DNA of 64,000 nucleotides from Rebecca billardiae RCC1528 (Eukaryota > Protista > Haptophyta), in contig OZ251230.1 of NCBI GenBank assembly GCA_965240325.2, forward strand, positions 310,001-374,000, in the 5' to 3' direction. Under the pieces are notes generated by a model, which was not told where the DNA came from, ran no database searches, and was given only the letters and a program-made list of their open reading frames with translations. Made by a program: the position numbers and the translations under genes. Positions 31,200 through 42,761 of the stretch are shown one piece after another; position 1 is the first letter of the stretch; every line of letters begins with the position of its first letter.

Positions 31200-31751
31200 A
31201 TGGTTGCTGCACACACGGCCGTGCTCGCTCGCCTCGCGGTGGCGACGCTGATCCCGACGATGGCCATCGCCCTCGGCGTGCCCCGGCTCGTCCGTTGGCT
31301 GAAGTCAAGGGCTGCTCCATCATCGACGGCCATCTCGCCGAACCTCCTCGTCACAGACATGCGCGCCTCGCTCGCATTTTACTGCGACCTGCTCGGCTTC
31401 TCCGTGGCGTTCACGGTCGACGATGCGAAAGGCTTCTCGATGGGCGAGGTGCGTGAGGGCACTGTCTTCGCGAGTCTCAAATGGGAGGGTCACGAGATCA
31501 TGCTGCAGACGGCTGCGAGCCTCGCAGCCGACCTTCCCGAGCACTTCACCTCGACTTCAACCGCGGGCCGCGCGGGTACGCTCTACCTCAGAGGGTACGA
31601 TCCAGCACCGTTGGAGCCCCGCCTGCCCAACGGCGTGCGCGTGAAAGGGCCAGAGCTCGCGTGGTACGGCATGAACGAGATGTACGTGCGCGACCCAGAC
31701 GGCCACCTCCTCTGCCTCGGCGCCCCCTTGGGGGGGCCGCCGGCTGCATGA
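31200..31751 (+). CDS. VOC/glyoxalase/bleomycin-resistance family protein
   Basis: PNLLVTDMRASLAFYCDLLGF...WYGMNEMYVRDPDGHLL. Confidence 0.85.
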   Translation: MVAAHTAVLARLAVATLIPTMAIALGVPRLVRWLKSRAAPSSTAISPNLLVTDMRASLAFYCDLLGFSVAFTVDDAKGFSMGEVREGTVFASLKWEGHEIMLQTAASLAADLPEHFTSTSTAGRAGTLYLRGYDPAPLEPRLPNGVRVKGPELAWYGMNEMYVRDPDGHLLCLGAPLGGPPAA

Positions 31752-32065
31752 GTAGTCAAACCCAGAGGACGAGGTCCCGTCAGTCGTCCGACTGCTAGTT
31801 TTAGTAGAGTAGTACGACTAGCTGCTACTGTTAGTCGGCCGCCACTCCGACGAGAGGCACTCCGCCACGATTCAGGCCGCGGCCCACGTTCAAGAATCGT
31901 CGTGCATCATGATTCATGGCGGTCGTCAGGGTCCGCTGCGAGCGAGAATCGCCTCAGAGAATGCAGCGCGCATATGCAACGGGGCGACGAGTCACAGTCA
32001 AGCGCAGGCACGCGCGGGCTGCACGGCCCCAGTGCAGACCGGTGCCGGAGGGAAGTCATGATGAG

Positions 32066-33569
32066 TCATCGCCTTGACGCGAGAGCGCGCACATCGGCAT
32101 CGGGCGGAGTCGCCCGAGTGGCTGCTGGCGACGAAGCGCCGCCCGACTGCGTGCCCGCAGCGGTCGCCGCGTGCGCGCGCGCCAGCTGCAGCTGTGCCGA
32201 GCGCAGCCGGGCGGCGTGCTTGCGGAGGGAGCGCGGGTTGGTCACGTTCGAGCTGACACGGTAGCCCAGCATCGCGGCGGGCGGTCGGCGCTGCCCGCCC
32301 GCCCCGATGGGGAATCGCCACTTCCACGAGCAGCCGTAGTACGACTCGCCGTCCAGGTCGTGGAAGTGCGCGCGGTCGGGGTCGCGCGCGTACCTGAGCG
32401 CGTACGCGAGCCTCGCGTAGTTGGAGGAGAAGGTGCCGAGGAACCAGCGGCAGCGCACCATCAGCGCGAGCTGCGCGAGCAGGCTGAGGCCCTCGTCGTA
32501 CCGCGCGTACCGCGGCTCCGAGCGGTAGAACTCGAACGCCGCGCGCTCGCTCGCGTTGAGCGCGCGCCCGTTCGGGCGGCCGTCGCCGCGCAGCAGCGCG
32601 GCCACAGGCTTGTACTTGCCGCGCCGCACGGGCGAGATGAACTGCGCGCACGGGCGGGCCGCGGGGCGCGCGCGCGCGCAGCGGGCTCAGCCCCCCCGGC
32701 CCCGCCGGCCGCCTCGCGCGGCGCGTGCGCGCGGCCCGTGGCGCGCGCGGTGCAGCCCGCGCGCATGGGCGTGGCCTGCGCGCGCGCGCACGCGCCTGCT
32801 CCAGGGGCACGTGCAGCAGCCGCGCGACCACGCCCATGCGCGCCAGCTCGGCCGGCAGCTCGCGGAACGCGCCGAGGTCGTCCGAGCCGAGGACGACGGT
32901 GTCGAGGTGCTGCCAGTGGTAGAGGAACGCGAGCTGGCGCGCGTACTCGCCCACCGCGTGCCGCCGCCCCTCGCGCTTGTCCCCGTGCCGGACGTGCACC
33001 GCCGCAGCGTACGCGTACGCGCCGCTCTCGTTCAGACCGAGCCGCGCCTCGAGCGCGGCGACGTGCCGCGCGAGCGGCGCGGCGGGCCGCATGACGTAGC
33101 GCGCGATCTGCGCGCGGAACCACACGCTCGAGTGCGCGCGGCGGAGGCCCGCGCGGCGGCCCAGCGCCTCCGCGTCGAAGCGGTCCTCGAAGCAGGCCGT
33201 GTGCGTCACATTCACGCGCGCCGCCTGGCCGCGCTCGGCGAGCGCACACCCGCTCAGCGGGAGGAAGTAGCACTCGAGGCTCTGGGGCGCGCAGAGGAGC
33301 GGGTTGGCGTAGCGCATGCGAAAGCCCTCCGTGGAGAACACCGCGCCCACCTGCAGCGCGAGCAGCAGCGACTCGACGAGGGAGGCGAGTTGCGAGCCCA
33401 GCCCTGACGGCTTGCCGTCCCAGTGCACAAAGCGCGGCACCCGGTCGCACGCGGGCGGGTGCTGCACGTGGTAGACCCAGCGGCGGAAGGTGAGCGCGTC
33501 GCTCGAGGGCGGCTCCGCGCGCACGAGCGACACGAGCACTGCGGCGAGAGGCCACATCCACCTCGACAT
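32066..33569 (-). CDS. GT23-like alpha-1,6-fucosyltransferase (FUT8/NodZ-like); GC-AG intron 32642..32795
   Basis: Signal peptide; GLGSQL, VHVRHGDK, VLGSDD, FLGTFSSNYARLAYAL; only the GC donor restores the frame. Confidence 0.8.
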
Positions 33570-33896
33570 CCTCCCCTCCCCAGTTCACGTGCAGGCCGCC
33601 ATCGTGCCAGACCGGCGAGGGCGAGCGCCAACGTCGTTCCGCTCCGCTGCGCCGCCGCCGGGCGGCCGTTTGCTCCGTTGCTTTTCGTCCATCCGCACTC
33701 CGCAGCGAAGCGCGCGGTTTTTCGATTCAGAATTCAGATTCCTTTCGCGGCGCGAATCCTCAGCTTGCTATTTTCAAGTCCTCACTGTCTTGGTCGCCAG
33801 CCTTTGATCAAGGGCCACTGGTCAACAGCGGCCCCTCGCGCTCGCTGGAAGCCGCGCGCGCTCGCTCGGAGCTCGGCCGGCCGGCAGGTCGCGAGC

Positions 33897-36800
33897 ATGG
33901 CGATGATTGATGCGGGTGCCACCTCCACCGATGTGATCGACGTCGACGCCGGCGAGCACCATGCTGCAGCATCCGTGCCGCCGCAGGCGGATGGCATGGC
34001 GTGGCTGCGCGCCCACGAGCCGAGCGGCTACGTGCTGGCGCAGCTCATGTTCGAGCACGGCCTCTCGCTCTCGGAGGCCATCGAGGCCATGCGCACCGTG
34101 AGCCCATCGGGCAGCAGCGTGGATGCCGACGAGCGCACGAGGCGCTGCGCGCTCGTGAGCTCTGGGCAAAGCACGGCGCATGCGCGCTCGGCGAGCGCCC
34201 CGGCGCGCGGCGACGCCCAGCGCGCACGGCCCGACGAGCCGAGGGCACCCGATGACGCCGATGGCGGCGTTTCCACCGCGCTCGTGCCATATTCGCGGCA
34301 GCCGCCGGCGGCAGCCGCAGCCGAGCCACCCGCCGCGCGTGCGGGCGGCAGCGATGAGGGCCGTGGCGCCGCCGACGCCGAGGCGGGCGGCGGCGGCGAC
34401 GACTGGGCCGGCGGCGCGGACGAATCCCGCTTAGACGACGCGATGTGGGACGAAGATGATGACGAGCTCATCCTCAGCTACGGCCACTCGGATCCTCCGG
34501 TGGCCGACGACGAGTCCGCGCACAACAGCGACGACGCGTCGCGGGAGGTCGGCGGTGGCGGCGCACTCATTGCCGTCGGCCTGGAGGACGGGGAGGACGA
34601 CAGCGACGGTGACGCGCTCGAGCAGTGCCGGCGCGAGCACGCTCGCGCGCCCAGTGCCGTGCGCGCCATCTTGGACCGCGGCGCTGCTGGCGGCGGCTCC
34701 GCCGCCGGAGGCGGCGCGCAGGGAGGCGGTGGGCGCGGCGGCGGGCGCGGCGGCGGGCGCGGCGGCGGGCGCGGCGGCGGGCGCGGCCGGCCGCGCGCGG
34801 ACTCGGGCGACTCGGATGACGAGCCCGTCAGCCCCGACACCATCCTGTACACGCCGAACGTCGACTCGACGGGCGCCATCCCCGACGCGATGCGCTACGT
34901 GCCCGTGCGCAGTACGGCCGAGCTCGCGCTCGCGCCGCGCCACCCGGCTGCCATCCAGCAGTCGGCCGCGATGCGGATGGCCGAGCCCCCGCCCATCACC
35001 GTCTCCACGGCGATGAGCGAGCAGATGCCCGAGTGGGCGCGCGCCGGGCGGCTCTCGAGCTGCCAGCTCGAGGCGGTGCTCTACGCCCGGCAGGCCAACA
35101 GCGTCACGTACCGCTCGCGCCGCACCAAGTACGAGCAGCGGCGGCTGCTCGGGCCGATCGAGGAGCTGGCGGTCGGTCCGGAGATCGAGTTTCGTCGCGG
35201 CTTCCTGCTGGGCGACTCGGCGGGGATGGGCAAGTCGCGCACGATCGCGGCGTACATCCTCGACGCCGCGCTGCGCGGGCACACGCGCGCGGTGCTCATC
35301 TCGGTCAACGCCGAGCTCGGGCACGACGCGATCGACGAGGGCTTTGCGCCGCTCGGCTGCGTGCGCGACCACGCGCACTTCGACGCGCAGTGGGAGCTCG
35401 AGGTGCGCATGCTCGCGGACTACGAGGCGGGCGCGGACGTGAGCAAGCTGCCGCGCAGCGGCGTGCTCTTCACCACGTACAGCCTCCTCTCCAACCGGCG
35501 GCGCGTCGAGCAGCTCCTCGCGTGGATGCGCGGGTGCGGCGCCGCGCCCGTGCTCGTGTTTGACGAGGGCCACCGCGCCAAGAACCTGTACCCGCCGACC
35601 AAGCAGGGGCGGCGCGGCCCGCCCCAGCCGAGCCAGCAGGGGCTCGCGGTGAAGGAGCTGCAGGACGAGTTCCCCGACGCGCTCGTGCTCTACTCCTCCG
35701 CGACGGGCGCGTCGGAGCCCGCGAACATGGCGTACATGGGGCGGCTCGGGCTGTGGGGGCCGCTGCGGCCGTACGCGGCCTTCTCCTCGTTTGTGAGCAA
35801 GCACGTGGACGACGAGCTGCTCTCGCTCGAGCTGACGTGCATCAGCCTGAAGGAGCAGGGGCTGCTGTGCGCGCGCGAGATCGCGTTCGGCGACGGCGCG
35901 AGCAACCTCTCGTGCAGCTTCGAGTTCGAGCAGATCCGCGTCTCGGCCGCGCACGTGTCGCTGTACGACCGCGCGGTGGGCGCGTGGGCGGACATCTACG
36001 ACACGGCCTTTGGCGACAAGGCGGCCGCGCTGAGCAGCAAGGAGGTGCAGGTGGCCAAGGCGGTGTTCTGGGGCGCGAGCCAGCGCGGCATGCGCGGGCT
36101 GCTCACCTCGTTCAAGGTGCCGCACATCATCCAAGCCGCCGAGGCCGCGCTGCGCGACGGCCTCTCGGTCGTGGTCGGGCTGCAGCTCACCGACGCGGCG
36201 GCCGCGCGCCGAGCCGCCGAGCGCGCGGCCGACGCGGGCGTGGCCGAGCTGGACGAGAACTTGTCGGGCGCGGCGGACGCGATGTGGCACCTCGTCGACT
36301 ACCTCTTCGACCCGAGCAGCGCGCACGCCAAGATGCCCGACGCCGCGCAGCACGCGCGGCTGCAGGCGCTGGTCCGCTCGCTCGCGCTGCCCCCCGGCGC
36401 GCTCGACGCGCTCGTGCACCACTTCGGCGAGGACGGGCTCAGCGAGATCACGGGGCGCACGCGGCGCACGGTGCTCGACGCGGCGGGGCGCGTGGTGAGC
36501 AGGCGGCGCACCAAGAAGGACCGGCGGCGCGACCGCAACGCCTTCATGTCCGGCGCGAAGCGCGTGATCGTCGTCTCGGCCGCCGGCTCGGTCGGGATCT
36601 CCCTGCACGCGTCGCTCGCGCCCGGCTGCCGCAACCGGCAGCAGCGGCTGCACATCTGCGCGGAGCTCGCGTGGTCGGCGGACGCGTTCGTGCAGCAGTG
36701 CGGCCGCTCGCACCGCGCGAACCAGGCGAACGGCCCGCGGTACGCCGTGCTCACCACCGACTTCAAGGCGGAGGAGCGCTTCGTCTCGACGATCGCCGCG

Positions 36801-39122
36801 CGCGTCGCGTCGCTCGGCGCGCTCACAAAGGGCGACCGCGACGCGATGCTCGGCTCGGAGGAGCTCGCGCAGCACGACCTCGAGGGGCGGCTGGGCGTGG
36901 AGGCGGTGGAGGCGACGATGCGCGCGCTGCAGATCGAGAGCGTGCTGCGCAACCGCAAGATCAGCCTCGACGAGCTCACGGCCGAGGCGCGCGCGCTGCC
37001 CGCGCGCCGCGCGTGCGATCGGCTCGGCCTGCGCGGCGCGACACCCAAGCACGCGGTGGTGTGCAAGGCGTTCGTGCGCGCGGTGCTGCCGGGGAAGAAG
37101 GAGGGCCCCCCGCCGGACGACGCGCGCTTCCGCGAGCTGTGCGTCGCGCTCGTGCGCCTCACCTCCGCGGACTCGTCGCTGCTGCTCGACGAGGCGCTGC
37201 ACGAGGGGATCGCGCGCGTCGGGCTGCTCGTGCGCGGGCGCGCGCGCAAGCTGCCGGTGAGCACCTTCCTCAACCGGCTGCTCGTGCTGCCGTACGCCCA
37301 CGCCAACCTGGTGTTCGAGCTCTTCTTCGACGAGCTCGAGGAGCTGCGCGCGACCGAGGAGTCCACGCACATCCAGACCCTCCGCGCCGCGAGCATCGCG
37401 CACAAGGCCGAGGCGGTGCTCTTCGAGGCGGGCGGCACGTCTGGCGTGCGCGTGCTCGCGCACGAGCTCGCGGTCGACGAGGCGGACGAGAGTGTGGAGT
37501 GGGCGGAGGCGAAGGCGCTGCTCGACGGGCCGGTGCCGCGCCGCCTGACCTCGCTCATGCGGCCGTGCGTGCGCGTCACGCAGAACCTGGGCCTCAAGCG
37601 CGTGCGCGTGTGCATCCCGCGCTCGCGTGACCTGTGGAGCTGCCACAAGCCCAACGGCCAGACCGAGATCAAATCTCGAGGCGCGCTCGAGCTGGGCCAC
37701 TGCGGCCAGCCGGTCGACGACCTGGACGCGGCGCGGCAGCTGTGGGAGCTCGAGCTCGCGCACGTGCGCGCCGAGCGCGGCCCGCTGCGCCGCGCCGCGC
37801 CGCTCACGCTGCTCACCGGCTCCGCCTTCTGCGTGCGCGACTCACTGCTGGGCGCGGTCGAGGGCGCGGCGCGCGAGCGCGGGCTGAGCTGCAGCGAGAC
37901 GCCCAAGCGCATCGAGGCGCGCGCGCTCGAGGCGCGGATGGCGGACGGGAGCAGCCGCCGGCTGGTCGGGCTCGTGCTCCCCGAGTACGCGCGCGGCGCG
38001 GTCACGCCGGAGCTCTTCCAGCGCTGGTTCAAGACGCTGGCCACGCAGGATGCGCAGGACGCGGTGCGCGATGGCGCCGGCGCGGACGGCGCGCTTGGCG
38101 CGGGGCCAAGCAGCAGGTTTGCGTTCGCGGCCGGCGGTGTCGTGCGCGGCGACAGCGAGGAGGACGACGACGAGGAGGAGGAGGCGCTGTACGGGCAGCT
38201 CTCCTCGCGGACCGCCGCGGCGTCGCGGCCGCCGCCGCCGCCGCCGCAGCAGCAGCAGCCTCAGCAGCAGCAGCAGCAGCAGCAGCAGCGGCCTCAGCAG
38301 CAGCAGCCGCGGTTCGCGCCAACGCCGTCGGTGCGGCCGCCCTGGCCATCGCAGTGGCAGCAGCAGCACGCGCCGCAGCAGCAGCACCCGCCGCTGTGGC
38401 AGCAGCAAGCGGGGTGGGCGCCGTCGCCTCCGCTGTCGCAGTGGCAGCAGGAGTCGCTGCAGTCGCAGCAGCGGTGGCGGGAGCACGCGGAGCAGCAGCC
38501 GCCGCACGCGCAGGACCAGCCGCGCCACCACGACGGCTCGCACCCCGCACCCTCGCGCCAGCGGGAGTTCGCTCACGAGCCGGAGGTGTGGCCGCCGAGG
38601 GGCATGGCCGGCAGGCTGCTCCCTCCAAGCCAGCGGACGGCGCACGCTCCCGCGTCCACTCACCCCACCCATGGTGCGCGCACGCCCTACCGCCGCACGC
38701 ACACTCGCGCGCGCGCACATGTGGGTGCGAGCGCGCCAAGCTCACCTCACGCCCCTTTCTTCCTTTCCCCCTTGCCTGCTCGCCACCCGCCCAACGCCGC
38801 CACAGTACCAGGCAGCTCGCTGCACACTGACACGTTCCAGCAGCACCAGCCGCTGCGAGACGTGTTGGCTGGGTCCAACTGGGAGATCCCGCGGCCGGGG
38901 TCGCGCAAGCGCCCGGTCTCGGCTGCGGGAGTGGACGCCGAATTTGGCGCGCCACCTCCGCGCGAGCATGCAGTTGGGAGCGGCGCGGCCCACAGGCGCC
39001 TGCGGACGACGATGGAAGGCGAGGCTGAGCGCGCGTCCCCCGATCTGAATCAGCAAGGGGGCGCCGGGGCAGCAGCAGGGGTGCGTGCCTTCAACGATGA
39101 AGACCTTATCGACCTCACGTGA
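33897..39122 (+). CDS. SBNO: Strawberry notch homolog (SF2 helicase-like); probable in-frame intron 38674..38805
   Basis: LSSCQLEAVLYA, GFLLGDSAGMGKSR, VFDEGHRAKNL, YSSATGASEPANMAYMGRLGLWG, AGSVGISLHAS, ELAWSADAFVQQCGRSHRANQ, LGALTKGDR. Confidence 0.92.
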   Translation: MAMIDAGATSTDVIDVDAGEHHAAASVPPQADGMAWLRAHEPSGYVLAQLMFEHGLSLSEAIEAMRTVSPSGSSVDADERTRRCALVSSGQSTAHARSASAPARGDAQRARPDEPRAPDDADGGVSTALVPYSRQPPAAAAAEPPAARAGGSDEGRGAADAEAGGGGDDWAGGADESRLDDAMWDEDDDELILSYGHSDPPVADDESAHNSDDASREVGGGGALIAVGLEDGEDDSDGDALEQCRREHARAPSAVRAILDRGAAGGGSAAGGGAQGGGGRGGGRGGGRGGGRGGGRGRPRADSGDSDDEPVSPDTILYTPNVDSTGAIPDAMRYVPVRSTAELALAPRHPAAIQQSAAMRMAEPPPITVSTAMSEQMPEWARAGRLSSCQLEAVLYARQANSVTYRSRRTKYEQRRLLGPIEELAVGPEIEFRRGFLLGDSAGMGKSRTIAAYILDAALRGHTRAVLISVNAELGHDAIDEGFAPLGCVRDHAHFDAQWELEVRMLADYEAGADVSKLPRSGVLFTTYSLLSNRRRVEQLLAWMRGCGAAPVLVFDEGHRAKNLYPPTKQGRRGPPQPSQQGLAVKELQDEFPDALVLYSSATGASEPANMAYMGRLGLWGPLRPYAAFSSFVSKHVDDELLSLELTCISLKEQGLLCAREIAFGDGASNLSCSFEFEQIRVSAAHVSLYDRAVGAWADIYDTAFGDKAAALSSKEVQVAKAVFWGASQRGMRGLLTSFKVPHIIQAAEAALRDGLSVVVGLQLTDAAAARRAAERAADAGVAELDENLSGAADAMWHLVDYLFDPSSAHAKMPDAAQHARLQALVRSLALPPGALDALVHHFGEDGLSEITGRTRRTVLDAAGRVVSRRRTKKDRRRDRNAFMSGAKRVIVVSAAGSVGISLHASLAPGCRNRQQRLHICAELAWSADAFVQQCGRSHRANQANGPRYAVLTTDFKAEERFVSTIAARVASLGALTKGDRDAMLGSEELAQHDLEGRLGVEAVEATMRALQIESVLRNRKISLDELTAEARALPARRACDRLGLRGATPKHAVVCKAFVRAVLPGKKEGPPPDDARFRELCVALVRLTSADSSLLLDEALHEGIARVGLLVRGRARKLPVSTFLNRLLVLPYAHANLVFELFFDELEELRATEESTHIQTLRAASIAHKAEAVLFEAGGTSGVRVLAHELAVDEADESVEWAEAKALLDGPVPRRLTSLMRPCVRVTQNLGLKRVRVCIPRSRDLWSCHKPNGQTEIKSRGALELGHCGQPVDDLDAARQLWELELAHVRAERGPLRRAAPLTLLTGSAFCVRDSLLGAVEGAARERGLSCSETPKRIEARALEARMADGSSRRLVGLVLPEYARGAVTPELFQRWFKTLATQDAQDAVRDGAGADGALGAGPSSRFAFAAGGVVRGDSEEDDDEEEEALYGQLSSRTAAASRPPPPPPQQQQPQQQQQQQQQRPQQQQPRFAPTPSVRPPWPSQWQQQHAPQQQHPPLWQQQAGWAPSPPLSQWQQESLQSQQRWREHAEQQPPHAQDQPRHHDGSHPAPSRQREFAHEPEVWPPRGMAGRLLPPSQRTAHAPASTHPTHGARTPYRRTHTRARAHVGASAPSSPHAPFFLSPLPARHPPNAATVPGSSLHTDTFQQHQPLRDVLAGSNWEIPRPGSRKRPVSAAGVDAEFGAPPPREHAVGSGAAHRRLRTTMEGEAERASPDLNQQGGAGAAAGVRAFNDEDLIDLT
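38247..38305 (+). repeat. (CAG)n polyglutamine tract in SBNO
   Basis: Seen directly. Confidence 0.9.
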
Positions 39123-39567
39123 TGACCGCTGCCCGGGGGCGCGCTCACTGCTTGACAGTTGAAGATGATGACGACCACTCCGCCCACTTTCAGATCGAAT
39201 GCTTGATGACGATATGATCGAGCCGGGACCGGGTCCCGTACTCGTAGCTAGCTTAGTCCTCGGCGATTCGTCGGCCGGCGACTGTTCGCCCGGGCTCGGC
39301 GGCAGCTTCGAATGCTCCTTTTGAAGGTCACCAATCGAACGGAGCCGGCGCGTCCCGGCGCAACAGGCGCCCGTGTGAGCTGCGACAACGCGGGGCCGCA
39401 CGTACGGCACGGCCCGCGGCCGACCGGCCGCCGCCTGGCGCTTGCTCAGCATCAGCAGCAGGGGGCGCTTCGACGACGACGAGTCCGTGCGTGCATGACG
39501 CAAAACGACGCGCCAAAACTGAAAACGCTTCGACCAGTCCGTGCTGTACCTACTTCAGCGCAGCACG

Positions 39568-40596
39568 ATGGCGGCTCAGCGCTCCAACCCTTTACAGTCT
39601 CGGCACCGGTGCCATACGGTGATGCTGGGGCTGCTGCTGCTCACTCCGGCTGCAATGTGCCTGGCGACACAGACGCGACCGAGGGACCTCCGGGCAGAGA
39701 TGCGGTGCCCGTATCTTCGTGCGCCGTATGTGTGCCCAGACGCTATTGAGCGGGTGGAGCAGAGGATGAGAAAGGTGAGGGCGCGGCTCGACTCCGCGGC
39801 CCTCCAGATCGATCATCACGAGCACATCCTACTGTACGGGCCTTCCTACATGCGGCAGCTATTTTTTGCCCTTGCATGCAACAATGCGCACCCTGTGCGC
39901 ATCGAGCTTCGAGCGTGCATTCCACGCGAACGTGGCCACGAGCTTGAGGTTGTGGACAGGCTGTTCCCACCTGGAGTCAAAGAGCACGCCTGGTTGAATG
40001 CGCTCGGGCCGCCTGTGGAGGTCCCCCTGAACGCAAGTTTGATGGTTGCGTCGCGGTCGGACTTCCTCACGCTTACATTCCCAAGTGGTGGATCTCTGAC
40101 TTCCATTTCAAACTGCCGCATCACGCAGGACATCTCGCGCTTTGATTTGGTGCTGCGTACTGCGCGCGAGCTTCATCGTACTCGGGGCAGCAAGCCGTTC
40201 ACAGACGTTGCGATCATGGTGCCACATCCGCCATGCTGGTTCCGGCGTTTTGACCGACACAGCAATGTGATGTGCGTTGCCAAGGTCCGTGCGCCGTCGC
40301 ACAAAGACCGCATGACATGCGAGCAGGCAGGGCAGTTGGCACAAGCGATAGCACCTGGCGCACCTGCTGTGTCGGTGACATCGTGGACTGAAAAAGAGGC
40401 ATTGCAGTTTGACGTCAACTGCTCCGGCCATGGCATACGCTCGGAGTTGCGCCTGTTTCCCATTCTTGGCGTGAACGGCGAGTACGGATGCTCAGAGCCA
40501 CGTTGCCAAAAGACGACGTTCGGCCATCAGTGCCAGCCAGGGATCGTGGAGATACTGGCACAGTCCTTGCTCAGCACACTGCGACGCTCTCACTGA
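39568..40596 (+). CDS. Secreted or membrane-anchored SGNH/PC-esterase-like protein (putative O-acyltransferase/esterase)
   Basis: ILLYGPSYMRQLF (GDS-like block) and GHQCQPG (HxCxPG-like block); hydrophobic N-terminal segment; start codon uncertain. Confidence 0.55.
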   Translation: MAAQRSNPLQSRHRCHTVMLGLLLLTPAAMCLATQTRPRDLRAEMRCPYLRAPYVCPDAIERVEQRMRKVRARLDSAALQIDHHEHILLYGPSYMRQLFFALACNNAHPVRIELRACIPRERGHELEVVDRLFPPGVKEHAWLNALGPPVEVPLNASLMVASRSDFLTLTFPSGGSLTSISNCRITQDISRFDLVLRTARELHRTRGSKPFTDVAIMVPHPPCWFRRFDRHSNVMCVAKVRAPSHKDRMTCEQAGQLAQAIAPGAPAVSVTSWTEKEALQFDVNCSGHGIRSELRLFPILGVNGEYGCSEPRCQKTTFGHQCQPGIVEILAQSLLSTLRRSH

Positions 40597-41123
40597 CCGT
40601 ACTGCTGCCGTGCAGCCGACCAGCTCGCCCGAGCAGCGATGTGTCACGCCGGGCCATCCTGGTCCTGCTGGACCTGATATCCTTGCCCTTGGCCTTGCGC
40701 CCGCCTTGCCGCCGCGATCCCGGACCCGGCGGGCGCAGCGGGAGCCGCCAGCCCTGGCGCCCTGGCGCCGCCGGCCTGCCGGGCGCTGCCGCCGGCCCTG
40801 CTGCTGGCAGCACTGTCACAGGTATATATACGTATATGTTAGTACGTATAGCGCCGCCATATTATTACTATATATTAGCGTAGCAGGAACGTTATTATTA
40901 GTTAGTCGCGCCATGGACCGTCATGACGGACACCGATCACGTACGCGTCAGCAACATACTGAGCGCCCACGACCGGATTAGGCCGATTAGGATAGCTTAT
41001 GCATTGCCATCGCACGCAGAAGACAGGCGGCTGACCGCCGCGCCTCTTCCAGGCGCTGCTGCGCAGCAGGCCATGCCTGGCTGCCTCGCGGCTGCCTCGC
41101 GGCTGCACGCTGCCGTCGGGCTT

Positions 41124-42586
41124 TCAGACCTCGCCGTCGGCCATTTTGGAGCGCAGCGAGTAGACCACGTCGCGCACAATGTCCACGGGAGCGCGCGCGC
41201 AGAAGCCGCCGCCCAGCTCCGGAGGCAGCAGCTCTGTCTGCTCCAGGTCGCGCAGCGCCTGGAGCTCCGCCGCGGCCCACGCGGGCATGCTCGCCGCCTG
41301 CCACGCCGCGAGCCGCGCCTCCTCCTCGCTTGCGTCCGCGCCGGGCGGCCCCGCCTCCTCGCCGCCCCGCGCGTCGGCGGCGACGAGCGTGCGCGCAGCC
41401 TCGGGCGCGCGCGCGCGTGCCAGTCCGTCGAGCACCGCAAAGAGAAGCCGGTCGCGCAGCGCGCTGCTGCGGGCGCGGGGCTCGGCAGCACCGGGCGCGG
41501 CGGCGCGCGCCGAGCGCTCGGCGACGGCGGCGCGCTCGAGGAGGCGCGCGCGCACGTCGTGCAGCGGCAGCAGCGGCACCTTGCCCTGGGCGCCCAACGT
41601 TTGCTGTGCGCGCGCCGCGCGGGGCGGGTCGAGGGGGCGGGCAGTGCGCCGCATGCGCGCGGCGAGGGGTCGGTCAGAGTGCCGCGCCGCCGGGGGCGCG
41701 CTGCGCCCCGTTGCGCGCACACGCGCAGGCCGCTCCCGGCGCATCGCGGTGGCGCCGCGCGCGGGACGCCCCGCCGCGCTCGCGCGCGCAGGGGCGCGCA
41801 GGGGCCCGGGGCGGCAGGGCGCGCCGGCAGCCATCATGATTCAGGGACCCGCACCTGCAGCAGCCGCAGCTCACAGAGGAGCTGGCCGGAGCAGAGCCGC
41901 TCCGACGAGGCGAGCAGGGGCGGCGGCGTGCGCCTGAGCCACGTGCCGCGCCGGCGCTCGAGGATCTGCTTGCGCCGCGCCGCCGTGCGCGCCACCACCA
42001 CGGCCGGCGGCGCAGCGCGCGCAGTGGGTGCCGGCTCGGCCGCGCGCCTCGCGGGCGACGCGCACACGCCGAGGGCGTTGCGGATGGTGCCCTGGGCGCC
42101 CGCGCCCGCGGAGGAGCGCTCGTCCGCCGCTGGCGCCGGGATGAGGTGCACGAGCACCTCGTGCTCCTCCGACGGCTCGATGCGATACGCGACCCGCCGG
42201 CCGGCCGCGGCGGCGGCGCGCAGGCTGTCGCCCTCGCCCTCGCCCGCCGGCGCGGCCGCGACCGCGAAGATGGGCACGTGCCGCGGGCGGTGGCGCGCGT
42301 ACGAGTCCCGATACGCCGTGATGATCATGCGGTACTGCTCCTCGAGCGGGTGCTCGTACTGCGAGTGCTTCGACTCGGCGTGGTGGAAGAAGATGTGCTC
42401 GCCGTTGTCCACCTCCTCCCACCCGTCGGGCAGGGCGGCGGTGAGCGCCTCCTCGGCGATCTGGACGAGGTGCGGCTCGCGCTCGAGGTCGATGCCAAGG
42501 TAGCGGGCGTACTCCTGCACGTCTTCGCGCGACACCTGCGCCGGCTCGGGCGCAGGCGCCGCGTCGCCATCAACGGCGTCGCTCAT
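41124..42586 (-). CDS. Protein with a CEP164-like N-terminal WW module; intron 41604..41854
   Basis: VQEYARYLGIDLEREPHLVQIAEEALTAALPDGWEE...IFFHH...SQYEHPLEEQYR; exons join in frame (244+160 codons). Confidence 0.75.
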
Positions 42587-42694
42587 AGCCGCTGCCGTGG
42601 CGTTCTAACAAGCGGCGCTCACCTCACCCAAAACCCAAAAATGATGGCGGAGCGGACAATTCCACGCAGTGATTTTCGCATCAATTATTAAGCG

Positions 42695-42761
42695 CAATCT
42701 CGCCTGCCTGCTGAGCTGCTGTAACATGTGCGTCTCGATTATTCTTAGCAGCGTAAACTGT
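42695..42761 (+). repeat. Dispersed repeat family A copy with several micro-insertions
   Basis: CAATCTCGCCTGCCTGCTGAGCTGCTGTAACATGTGCGTCTCGATTATTCTTAGCAGCGTAAACTGT. Confidence 0.75.

Noticed and set aside
34431-37763. Long antisense or alternative-frame ORFs (also 22740..24974+, 23212..25047-, 44135..45952+, 45907..48066-, 59221..60999-, 61306..63075-)
   Set aside because: Shadows of very GC-rich real genes; no domain motifs.
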